Part shown: positions 35,968-43,418 of the stretch, one piece after another | Numbering within the stretch: position 1 is the first letter of the stretch | Layout of the letters: every line of letters starts with the position of its first letter | From: an uncultured bacterium | Lineage (GTDB): Bacteria; Patescibacteriota; Minisyncoccia; Minisyncoccales; JAQTVQ01 | Direction of reading: 5' to 3' | NCBI GenBank assembly: GCA_903839905.1 | Contig: CAIMDX010000036.1 | Location: forward strand, 1-46,047 | Length of the DNA stretch: 46,047 bases | The notes under the pieces: model-generated | The model's database searches: none | The model's input: only the letters and a program-made list of their open reading frames with translations | What the model was told of the DNA's origin: nothing | Position numbers and translations under genes: made by a program

Positions 35968-36231
35968 ATGAAAATAAAAGTTTTGGGGTCAAGCCAGTCT
36001 TCGTGCGATGGATTATACGAGGCGGTTAAACAGGCCGTTGAAATCGGAGGCAATAAGGCGGAGCTTGAATATATAACAGACATATCGGCGATTGCCGCGA
36101 TGGGCATTATCAAAATGCCGGCGATATTGATTGATAATAAAATAATCCTTTCGGGATACAAGCCAGGTCCCGAAGAAGTGGAGGAAATATTATCTCCGTT
36201 TTTATTTATAGGGCCGTGGAGAGAATCTTGA
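35968..36231 (+). CDS. thioredoxin-fold small protein (MTH895/ArsE-like) with QxxC instead of CxxC
   Basis: MKIKVLGSSQSSCDGLYEAVKQA...MPAILIDNKIILSG follows the Thioredoxin_3 pattern, but the first active-site Cys position is Gln. Confidence 0.6.
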   Translation: MKIKVLGSSQSSCDGLYEAVKQAVEIGGNKAELEYITDISAIAAMGIIKMPAILIDNKIILSGYKPGPEEVEEILSPFLFIGPWRES

Positions 36232-36325
36232 GTCTTAATAAAAAAGGGAGGCAATGGTATGATTAAAAAAGGATAATAAAGGTCGAAGTCAATTCAGCAA
36301 TAATAAACATAATAATTATAAAATT

Positions 36326-36517
36326 ATGGATATTATAGAAAAAATAGCTTTAGTCCTTGTTATTGTCGGAGGTTTGAACTGGGGATTATACGGTCTTTTC
36401 AGTTTTGACCTCGTTGCCGCGCTTTTTGGAAGCATACCTATTCTTTCCAGAATAGTCTATGTCGCCATAGGATTGTCCGCTCTTTACGCGACATTCACAA
36501 CTCTTATGAAGAAATAG
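36326..36517 (+). CDS. DUF378 membrane protein
   Basis: VIVGGLNWGLYGLFSFDLVAALFG...YVAIGLSALY is the DUF378 signature. Confidence 0.85.
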   Translation: MDIIEKIALVLVIVGGLNWGLYGLFSFDLVAALFGSIPILSRIVYVAIGLSALYATFTTLMKK

Positions 36518-36535
36518 AGGCAGAAGAGAGAAATA

Positions 36536-36572
36536 AACCCCGCATTAGGCATTTTGCTCTATGCGGGGTTTT
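36536..36572 (+). terminator. intrinsic terminator AACCCCGCAT...ATGCGGGGTT + T-run
   Basis: 10-bp stem. It runs directly into the TGGTATAAT promoter element at 36572-36580. Confidence 0.7.
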
Positions 36573-36608
36573 GGTATAATGAGAATATAATTTTTTAAAA
36601 AAAATATT

Positions 36609-37091
36609 ATGGAAAAAACGCAGAATAAATTAAGCCTTTTATTTTTCGTCGGCATTGTTAGCATTGTTGAATTTATCGGTTCTTTTTTTACTGTCCAAGC
36701 GGTGATGAATTGGTATCCGGAATTAATCAAACCTTCTTTTAATCCGCCTAATTGGCTGTTTGCTCCGGTCTGGACCGTTCTTTATATATTAATAGCTCTT
36801 TCTGGATGGCTGGTTTGGGCCAAGCGCGAAGAAAACAAAGGAGCTGTTGATGCTGCTTTGACCATTTATGCGATCCAGCTTTTTTTAAATGTAACCTGGT
36901 CTTATCTTTTTTTCTGGCTGAATTCTCCGGTTATGGGATTGATCGGCATAATCGCTTTATGGGCAGCTATTGTTTGGAATATGGCCAGTTTCTACAAGAT
37001 ATCAAAAGGAGCTTTTTATTTGCTTATACCGTATATAATCTGGGTAAGCTTTGCAGGGATTCTTAATTTCGCCATCTGGCAGCTGAACTAG
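36609..37091 (+). CDS. tspO: TspO/MBR tryptophan-rich sensory protein
   Basis: WYPELIKPSFNPPNWLFAPVWTVLYILIALSGW and 5 TM helices. Confidence 0.9.
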   Translation: MEKTQNKLSLLFFVGIVSIVEFIGSFFTVQAVMNWYPELIKPSFNPPNWLFAPVWTVLYILIALSGWLVWAKREENKGAVDAALTIYAIQLFLNVTWSYLFFWLNSPVMGLIGIIALWAAIVWNMASFYKISKGAFYLLIPYIIWVSFAGILNFAIWQLN

Positions 37092-37160
37092 CTTGTAGCT
37101 TGTAGCTTGTAGCTTGTAGCTTGTAGCTTGTAGCTTGTAGCTTGTAGCTTGTAGCTTGTA
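37091..37160. repeat. perfect heptanucleotide tandem repeat (GCTTGTA)x10
   Basis: 70 nt with no mismatches. It starts at the last base of the tspO stop codon and ends 25 nt before the ATG at 37186. Confidence 0.98.
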
Positions 37161-37185
37161 TAAAACTCCTTATAGGAAAAAATGT

Positions 37186-37617
37186 ATGAAAAATAACCAC
37201 CCTGTTCATAGTTGTAAAGCCATCGTATTTAACTGTATTGATTGGCGCTTGCATCCTGCTTCGGAAAAATATTTTCAGGGAAAATATAAAACTTTTGATA
37301 TGTTTTATACGGCTGGTTCAATCAAAGATTTATTGGAAGAAGAAACCCGGGTATTTTTTTTGAAACAGATAGAGATTTCCAAAAGGCTGCATAATTCCAA
37401 GATCGTTGCGCTGGCCGCCCACCACGATTGCGGCGCTTTTGGTGGCATGGCAAATTTTAAAGATGAAAAAGAGGAGTTTTCTTTTTACCAAGATGTTTTG
37501 GAAAAAGCTCGGGTTGTTGTTTTAGAAAATTTCCCTGATGCTAAAGTGGAGAAATATTTCATCGGCTTGAAGCCGACCGGCAATAAATGGAAAATAACAG
37601 TTAAAAAGATCAAATAG
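37186..37617 (+). CDS. minimal beta-carbonic-anhydrase-like protein
   Basis: CIDWR (C-x-D-x-R) and HHDCG (H-x-x-C) are spaced as the beta-CA zinc site. Only 143 aa. The tracked TTG start at 37156 lies inside the repeat. Confidence 0.45.
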   Translation: MKNNHPVHSCKAIVFNCIDWRLHPASEKYFQGKYKTFDMFYTAGSIKDLLEEETRVFFLKQIEISKRLHNSKIVALAAHHDCGAFGGMANFKDEKEEFSFYQDVLEKARVVVLENFPDAKVEKYFIGLKPTGNKWKITVKKIK

Positions 37618-37618
37618 G

Positions 37619-37843
37619 ATGCTAATTAAAGTAAAAGTTTTTCCATGCGCCAGAGAAGAAGAGATTATTGCCAAAAGCCAGGACAGTTTTGAAGTTAGAA
37701 TAAAAGAAAAACCTCAAATGGGGCAGGCGAATAAAGGCGTTATCAGGGTTTTGGCCGGATATTTCAAAGTTCCGGAAGCTAAAGTGAGAATCATTAAAGG
37801 TTTCCGCGAGCCGAGCAAGATCATAGAAATAAAAAATTTTTAG
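37619..37843 (+). CDS. DUF167 (YggU-like) protein
   Basis: 74 aa. KVKVFPCAREEEI...GQANKGVIRVLAGYFKVPEAKVRIIKG fits DUF167. Confidence 0.8.
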   Translation: MLIKVKVFPCAREEEIIAKSQDSFEVRIKEKPQMGQANKGVIRVLAGYFKVPEAKVRIIKGFREPSKIIEIKNF

Positions 37844-37918
37844 ATAATCCATCCGTGATAGTTGCCGTCTTTCGCCGGCGTGGTAAAATAGAACCGTAAT
37901 ATTAAATTTTTAAGGAAT

Positions 37919-38781
37919 ATGGCTGTTTCAAGAATTATAAAAATAATCGCCGCTATTATATTGATTGCAGCAGCCGGAGCCTTATTCTATTGGCAGAATT
38001 TTTTCCGTCAAAGACGGAAGAACAGGACAATAGTTTTTCTCAGCCAAAAATCGTTACGAAAAACAGCTACTTGGAAGTGACGGCGCCGGTGCCGTATCAA
38101 AAAATAACCAGTCCGGTTTCGGTTTTGGGAAATTCCAATTTTTTTGAAACAAACACCCGCATAAGAGTTAAAGACGAAGCTGGAAAAGTTTTGGCTGATA
38201 CTTTTACCAATGCCAACGGCTGGATGGACAAGCTTTATCCTTTTTTGGCCAATGTTTTTTACGACGCGCCTTCTTCTCCGAGAGGATTTGTGGAGGTGTT
38301 TGAAAATTCGGCCAAGGACGGCAGTGAGCAGAATAAGGTCTCCATTCCGGTAATTTTTGAAGATTATCAGATTAATCCGCAAAAATTAAAAATCAATCTT
38401 TATTATTATAACAAGATCAAAGACCAGGAGCTTAATCCGTCCATAGGCTGCAACAGGGAAGCGGTTTTGCCAGTAGAAAGGGAAGTTGAAAGAACGAAAA
38501 CGCCGATTCAGGACGCTATCAATCTTTTATTACAAGGCGGATTGACGGAGAGCGAAAAGCAAGAAGGCTTTTTTACGGAGTTTCCCTTGGAAGGGCTTTC
38601 TTTAAAGGGAGCTAATTTAAAAAATGGAGCTTTGATCTTGGAATTTGAAGACAAAAACAACAAAACCACAGGAGGATCTTGCCGGGTCGGATTGCTTTGG
38701 GCTCAAATAGAAAAAACCGCCAAGCAATTTCCGGGAGTGAACAGCGTTTCTTTCCAGCCGGATATTTTATTCCAGCCTTAA
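37919..38781 (+). pseudogene. Gmad2 Ig-like + GerMN domain envelope protein; signal-anchor in a different frame from the body
   Basis: ATG 37919 encodes MAVSRIIKIIAAIILIAAAGALFYWQNFF. The body (from 37990) carries a Gmad2-like domain (VTAPVPYQKITSPVSVLG...GFVEVFE) and GerMN-like blocks (PIQDAINLLLQGGLTESEKQEGFFTEFP). The frames differ across the T6 run at 37999-38004. Confidence 0.7.
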
Positions 38782-38822
38782 TTTTTAGAGCGGGCGTGAA
38801 TAATAAAATAAAAAATAAAGTT

Positions 38823-39080
38823 ATGCAAATAAAAGATAAAAAAAGCTTGATAATAGCGATTTTGGCTATTTTAGCGCTGGCTGTTGCCGGATATTATTTT
38901 ATCTCTTCCAATTCCGCTCCTGCCAGTTCTGAAAAAATTTCAATTGATGGAGATATTTTTCAGGAGATTGAAGATGAAAGTGTAATAACGAATCAGGAAG
39001 ATTCGGATGCCAGCTTTATTAGCGCCGATGATAACGAGATCAATGATCTCGGAAACTCGGTGGATGAAAATGAATTATAA
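38823..39080 (+). CDS. small membrane-anchored acidic protein
   Basis: 85 aa. One TM helix followed by a D/E/S-rich tail. ATG 38823 is preferred over the tracked upstream start, which overlaps the previous gene. Confidence 0.5.
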   Translation: MQIKDKKSLIIAILAILALAVAGYYFISSNSAPASSEKISIDGDIFQEIEDESVITNQEDSDASFISADDNEINDLGNSVDENEL

Positions 39081-39861
39081 AAATTTTAGGAAATTTTTAA
39101 TCATCGTTGCGATCGGTTTGGTTTTTCCGGTTTTAATTTTGGCCGAGCTGGATAATCCCTTGCCCGGAATGGCTTCCGAAAAGCCGGCCGAAGCGAAAAC
39201 GAATATTTTCGGCAAAAATTTTTGTGAGAATACAGCTGAAGGCAGTTCAAAAATAGAACAAAAGATTGCTGATTTAGAAGCCAGGCTGGCGGAGAAGAGA
39301 GCGCAATCGGCTAATAAGATCAGCCAGCTTCAAAGCGATAGGGATAAAAAGTTAGCTGAGAAAAGAGCGCAGTGGGATACCAAAAGAAATGAGCTTTATG
39401 CCAAGATGGGATCCAAAGCTTTCGGGTCAAAGCAAAAACAAGCCGTGGCAGCTTTTAAAACAGAAGTAGAGCAGGCTGTCCTTGCCCGCCGGGCGGCGAT
39501 TGATAATGCCATTAATATTTTTCGCAGTTCTTCCAACCAGATTTTTGTTGATCGGAAAATTGCCAGCGACCAAGCGATTTTGAATTACAAAATTGCGGTT
39601 CAGGAGGCTTTAGGTAAGGCTCAATCAGATTGCCAAAAAGTTGATGCTAAAACAGCGCGGAAAAATTTAGCGGACAGCTTAAAGGCGGCCAAAGAGAATT
39701 TTAATATTGAAAAGCAGGGAATTGAAAAAACAAAAACATCCATTCAAGATATCCAAAACATTAAAAAAGAAGCGATGGAAAAAGCTATCACTTATTTTAA
39801 ATCGGCTTTAGAAAAGGCCAAAGAAGGCTTGAAACAATCTTTTCCCGAAATTGACCAGTAA
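39064..39861 (+). CDS. secreted alpha-helical/coiled-coil protein
   Basis: Signal-like N-terminus FLIIVAIGLVFPVLILA, then A/K/E/Q-rich helices containing a duplicated LAEKRAQ. Confidence 0.55.
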   Translation: MKMNYKNFRKFLIIVAIGLVFPVLILAELDNPLPGMASEKPAEAKTNIFGKNFCENTAEGSSKIEQKIADLEARLAEKRAQSANKISQLQSDRDKKLAEKRAQWDTKRNELYAKMGSKAFGSKQKQAVAAFKTEVEQAVLARRAAIDNAINIFRSSSNQIFVDRKIASDQAILNYKIAVQEALGKAQSDCQKVDAKTARKNLADSLKAAKENFNIEKQGIEKTKTSIQDIQNIKKEAMEKAITYFKSALEKAKEGLKQSFPEIDQ

Positions 39862-39877
39862 GGTTAGAGAAGGATAG

Positions 39878-39900
39878 CCCCCTCCTTAAAAAGGAGGGGG
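39878..39900 (+). terminator. intrinsic terminator CCCCCTCCTT-AAA-AAGGAGGGGG
   Basis: 10-bp perfect stem followed by a T/A-rich tail. Confidence 0.65.
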
Positions 39901-39919
39901 TTAAAATTTGGAGATAATT

Positions 39920-39928
39920 TGGTATACT
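39920..39928 (+). promoter_or_regulatory. extended -10 promoter TGGTATACT (predicts leaderless mRNA)
   Basis: The hexamer ends 7 nt before the ATG at 39936. Confidence 0.45.
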
Positions 39929-39935
39929 ATTTTAT

Positions 39936-40910
39936 ATGATTATTGAACGGTTAAAACAATCTGGCCTGAAGGGGCGCGGGGGCGCCGGTTTTCCGACTGG
40001 CTTAAAATGGGAGGCGGTCAAAAATGCTAAGGCGGATAAAAAATACATTATTTGTAATGCTTCGGAAGGAGAGCCGGGCGTTGCCAAGGATTTTTTTATT
40101 TTAAAAAAATATCCCGAAGAAGTGATCAAAGGGATTAAAATAGCCTTGAAAGAAATAGATAATAGCTCGGCTTATATTTTTCTTAATCCGAAATATTTTC
40201 CAAAACTTGAAAAAAAATTAAAAAAGGCGATTGGCATCCTTCCAATAGTTTTATTTAAAAAACCGCACGGATATATTTGCGGAGAAGAAAGCACTCTTTT
40301 GAATATTATTGAAGGCAAGTCCAAGCTGCCCCGCTTGAAACCTCCTTTTCCAACCGAAAAAGGCTTATGGGATCGTCCGACTTTGATCAATAATGTTGAG
40401 ACTTTTTATCAGGTTTTCCAGATAGCGCAAGGCAAATATCAAGCTGACCGTTTTTATACGCTGGGGGGCAAAGTTAAGAAAAAAGGCGTTTTCAGATTGC
40501 CTGAAAATTTAGCCATTAAGCAAATTTTGGAGCAAACCGGGAACTGGCCGAATTTTGATTTTTTTGTTCAAGCCGGAGGAGGAATGAGCGGGGAAATTTT
40601 AACTTCTGCAGAGCTGGATAAGCCGGCAGGCGGAGCAGGATCAGTTATTATTTATAAAAGATCTTCCGATCCTATGAAAGTGCTGCGGCAGTGGGCTAAG
40701 TTTTTTATGAACGAAAGCTGCGGACAGTGCGTTCCTTGCCGCGAAGGAACTTTCCGCCTTAATGAAGCCTTGAAAAAAAAGAATTTCAATCAGGAGATGG
40801 TCAATGACCTTTTATTTGTTTTGGCCGAAACCAGCCTTTGTCCTTTGGGCCGGGGCGCAGCCGTGCCTTTTATCGGTTATTTAAATAAAATATATGCCAG
40901 AAAAAATTAA
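39936..40910 (+). CDS. NuoF/HydB-like NAD(P)H-binding flavoprotein subunit, compact form
   Basis: GLKGRGGAGFPTGLKW, YICGEESTLLNIIEG, KPPFPTEKGLW..PTLINNVET, and the 4Fe-4S motif ESCGQCVPCREG...SLCPLG. Confidence 0.8.
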   Translation: MIIERLKQSGLKGRGGAGFPTGLKWEAVKNAKADKKYIICNASEGEPGVAKDFFILKKYPEEVIKGIKIALKEIDNSSAYIFLNPKYFPKLEKKLKKAIGILPIVLFKKPHGYICGEESTLLNIIEGKSKLPRLKPPFPTEKGLWDRPTLINNVETFYQVFQIAQGKYQADRFYTLGGKVKKKGVFRLPENLAIKQILEQTGNWPNFDFFVQAGGGMSGEILTSAELDKPAGGAGSVIIYKRSSDPMKVLRQWAKFFMNESCGQCVPCREGTFRLNEALKKKNFNQEMVNDLLFVLAETSLCPLGRGAAVPFIGYLNKIYARKN

Positions 40911-42633
40911 AATTTTAATAGGCCAAAAAGAGATAGAGACGGTTGAAGGAAAAACCGTGTTGCAGGCTGCCAGGGAAAACGGGATAAAAATTCCGGCGTT
41001 ATGTTATCATCCTGATCTGAAAATAAAAGCCAATTGCCGCTTATGCTTGGTTGAAATAAAAGGCGAGCGCGGGCTGGTGCCGGCTTGCCGTACAATTGTA
41101 AAACCGGGAATGGAAGTATTAATTGAGTCGGAAAAGATCAATCGGGCCGTAAAAGTTAATTTGGAGCTGATTTTTGCCCAGCATGTTGAGGAATGCGACG
41201 ACTGTAACTGGGGGGCGGGCTGCCGCTTGCTTGAACTGGCCCGTAAATACAAAATAAACACCAAGAGATTTTTGGATCGCAAGACAAACTGCAAGGTTTA
41301 TCAATTCGGATCCATAGTTTTTGACCAGACCAAATGCATTGATTGCCGCAATTGCGTGGAGGTTTGCGCCGGTCAGGAAGTTCATTTTTTGGAAGCCAGG
41401 GGACAGGGGGCGGGAACGGAAATTTTCCCTTCCGCGGCCAAAGACCGGGATTGCACTTATTGCGGCCAGTGTATCGTTCATTGTCCGGTCGGAGCCATTG
41501 AAGCGGTCGGCGAATTTGAGGGAGTAGACAAGGTTCTGGAAAAAGACGGAAAAATTAAAATTTTTCAATTTGCTCCGGCTATTCGCGCTTCAATCGGAGA
41601 AGCTTTCGGCTTGCCTGCCGGGTCAATTGTCACTAATCAGCTGGTGGCAGGCCTAAAAGTTTTGGGCGCAGACAAAGTATTTGATACAAGCGTGGCCGCT
41701 GATTTTACCACGATTGAGGAAGCGGAAGAATTGATAGATAAAGTTAAGAATGGCACCGGGCCTTGTTTCTCTTCATGCTGTCCGGCTTGGGTAAAATATT
41801 TGGAATTCAACTATTCACATTTGATAGGCCACTTAGCCACGACTCGTTCTCCGCAGATAATTATGGGAGGCTTGATCAAAACTTATTGGGCGGAAAAAGA
41901 AAAAGTAGATCCGAAAAAGATCACGGTAATTTCAGTAATGCCCTGTACTTCCAAAAAATATGAAATCCAAAGAAAAGAATTGGAAATTAACGGCTTGAAG
42001 CCGGTGGATTTCGTAATGACTACCAGGGAGCTGGCTTACCTTTTGAAAAAATATAAAATAAATTTGGCGGAGATAAAGCCGCAACTGGCTGATTCGCCTT
42101 GGGGAGAGCCTTCGGGCGCCGGCGTAATTTATGGAGCCAGCGGCGGAGTGGTGGAATCGGCCTTGAGAACAGCTTATTACAAATTGACCGGCAAAGATTT
42201 GGAAAAATTGGATTTTGAGCAGGTTCGCGGGATGCAAGGAGTTAAAAAAGCAGAGATAGAAATAGAGGGGAAGAAAATAAGAGTGGCTGTGGTCAGCGGA
42301 TTGGGCAATGCTAAAAAAATACTGGACGAGCTGAAAGAAAATCCTAAAGCTTACGATGCGGTGGAAGTAATGGCCTGTCCCGGAGGATGCATTGGCGGCG
42401 GAGGCCAGCCCATACCAACGAGCCCGGAAATAAGAAAGCAAAGGGCAGAGGCTCTTTATCAAATAGATAAAGAGAAGAAGAACAGGCTGGCTCATAAAAA
42501 TCCAGATGTGCAGAAAGTTTATGAAGAATTTTTGAATAACGATAAAGCCGTGCATCAAGTCTGCCATACAAACTATAATGCAAAATCAAAAGGGGAAATA
42601 AAAACCTTAAAAAATTCTAAAGAAACAGAATAA
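40894..42633 (+). CDS. hydA: [FeFe] hydrogenase catalytic subunit (M3-type domain order)
   Basis: N-terminal 2Fe-2S ferredoxin domain and a His/Cys cluster region. Two 4Fe-4S motifs (CIDCRNCVEVC, CTYCGQCIVHCP). H-cluster motifs SSCCPAW, MPCTSKKYE and EVMACPGGCIGGGGQP. Confidence 0.92.
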   Translation: MPEKIKILIGQKEIETVEGKTVLQAARENGIKIPALCYHPDLKIKANCRLCLVEIKGERGLVPACRTIVKPGMEVLIESEKINRAVKVNLELIFAQHVEECDDCNWGAGCRLLELARKYKINTKRFLDRKTNCKVYQFGSIVFDQTKCIDCRNCVEVCAGQEVHFLEARGQGAGTEIFPSAAKDRDCTYCGQCIVHCPVGAIEAVGEFEGVDKVLEKDGKIKIFQFAPAIRASIGEAFGLPAGSIVTNQLVAGLKVLGADKVFDTSVAADFTTIEEAEELIDKVKNGTGPCFSSCCPAWVKYLEFNYSHLIGHLATTRSPQIIMGGLIKTYWAEKEKVDPKKITVISVMPCTSKKYEIQRKELEINGLKPVDFVMTTRELAYLLKKYKINLAEIKPQLADSPWGEPSGAGVIYGASGGVVESALRTAYYKLTGKDLEKLDFEQVRGMQGVKKAEIEIEGKKIRVAVVSGLGNAKKILDELKENPKAYDAVEVMACPGGCIGGGGQPIPTSPEIRKQRAEALYQIDKEKKNRLAHKNPDVQKVYEEFLNNDKAVHQVCHTNYNAKSKGEIKTLKNSKETE

Positions 42634-43139
42634 TGAAAACAAAGATATTGTCATTATCAAAAGAGCAACTGGCCCTTTTTCAATTTTCAATTCTGATGGG
42701 CTTGTCAATTATCCTGCCGCTTTTCCATTCGCAATATATTACCGGCCCGATGGTTAATGCCGTATTATTTTTGTCAGCTGTTTTGGCTGGTTCAACCGGC
42801 GCTATGTTTATAGCCATGATCCCGAGCGTCATTGCCTTATCAACAGGTCTTTTACCGATAGCCATTGCCCCGGCAGTTCCTTTTATCATGCTGGGCAATG
42901 CTATTTTAATAGCGGCATTTATTTTACTTCAAAAAAAGAGCTTTTGGCTGGCAGCAATCGCGGCCAGCTTTGCCAAATTCATTTTTCTTTTCGGTTCCAG
43001 CCAGCTTGTCATTGGCTTGATTGCTAAAAAACAAGCAGCAGTTGCGGCAGTTTCAATGTTAAGCTATCCGCAATTGGCCACAGCTTTAATGGGAGCAGTT
43101 TTAGCTTGGGGGATATTAAAAGGATTAAAAAGGATTTAA
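42633..43139 (+). CDS. small multi-pass membrane protein, translationally coupled to hydA (ECF S-component-like?)
   Basis: TAATG stop/start overlap with hydA. 168 aa and hydrophobic with about 5 TM helices. The QYITGPMVNAVLF block is reminiscent of ECF-type substrate-capture subunits, a weak call. Confidence 0.5.
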   Translation: MKTKILSLSKEQLALFQFSILMGLSIILPLFHSQYITGPMVNAVLFLSAVLAGSTGAMFIAMIPSVIALSTGLLPIAIAPAVPFIMLGNAILIAAFILLQKKSFWLAAIAASFAKFIFLFGSSQLVIGLIAKKQAAVAAVSMLSYPQLATALMGAVLAWGILKGLKRI

Positions 43140-43229
43140 TTTTTTAAATAAAAAAATGCCCCTCATTTTGGGAGGGGGTTTTGCGGGGTTTCTCTGCGCT
43201 GTTTTCTGCAGAGTTTCATTTTGCCAGCT

Positions 43230-43418
43230 TTAAGCTGAAGCATATTGCCCTGTCAAGTTTTGTTCGGCAAGGATTAATCCTTCTACTATTTTGTCGGCTT
43301 CTTCAGCTATGCTAGAGATTTTTTCCCTGATGGCTTCAAATCCATCCCGGTCGGCGATCTCGGCCAGTTCTATCAACTTGTCTCTTGTCTTCGTCATCCT
43401 GTCTAGCTCTTTTGGCAT
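43230..43418 (-). CDS. hypothetical 62-aa helical acidic protein
   Basis: Strong SD GGAGGTG 7 nt upstream of the ATG. No family recognised. Confidence 0.55.
   Translation of the reverse strand: MPKELDRMTKTRDKLIELAEIADRDGFEAIREKISSIAEEADKIVEGLILAEQNLTGQYASA

Noticed and set aside
35844-36254. 136-aa minus-strand ORF overlapping the thioredoxin-fold gene
   Set aside because: The plus-strand product aligns with a known small-protein family, and the minus-strand product has no recognisable features.
36259-36276. Mini-ORF ATG ATT AAA AAA GGA TAA with a strong GGGAGG SD
   Set aside because: It has only 5 codons and no obvious downstream regulatory structure. It could be a leader for the DUF378 gene, but the evidence is too thin to call.
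37091-37160. The tandem repeat as a CRISPR array
   Set aside because: The units are 7 nt and contiguous with no spacers, and there are no cas genes in the window.
37063-37254. Minus-strand ORF translating the heptamer as ATSYKLQ repeats
   Set aside because: It is a translation artefact of the 7-nt microsatellite. A 7-nt unit cycles through all three frames, so any long open frame there is fortuitous.
41119-42567. Minus-strand ORFs of 149 aa and 211 aa inside hydA
   Set aside because: They are antisense to a gene with all the hydrogenase motifs. I recognise no motifs in them, and they have no promoter or RBS context.
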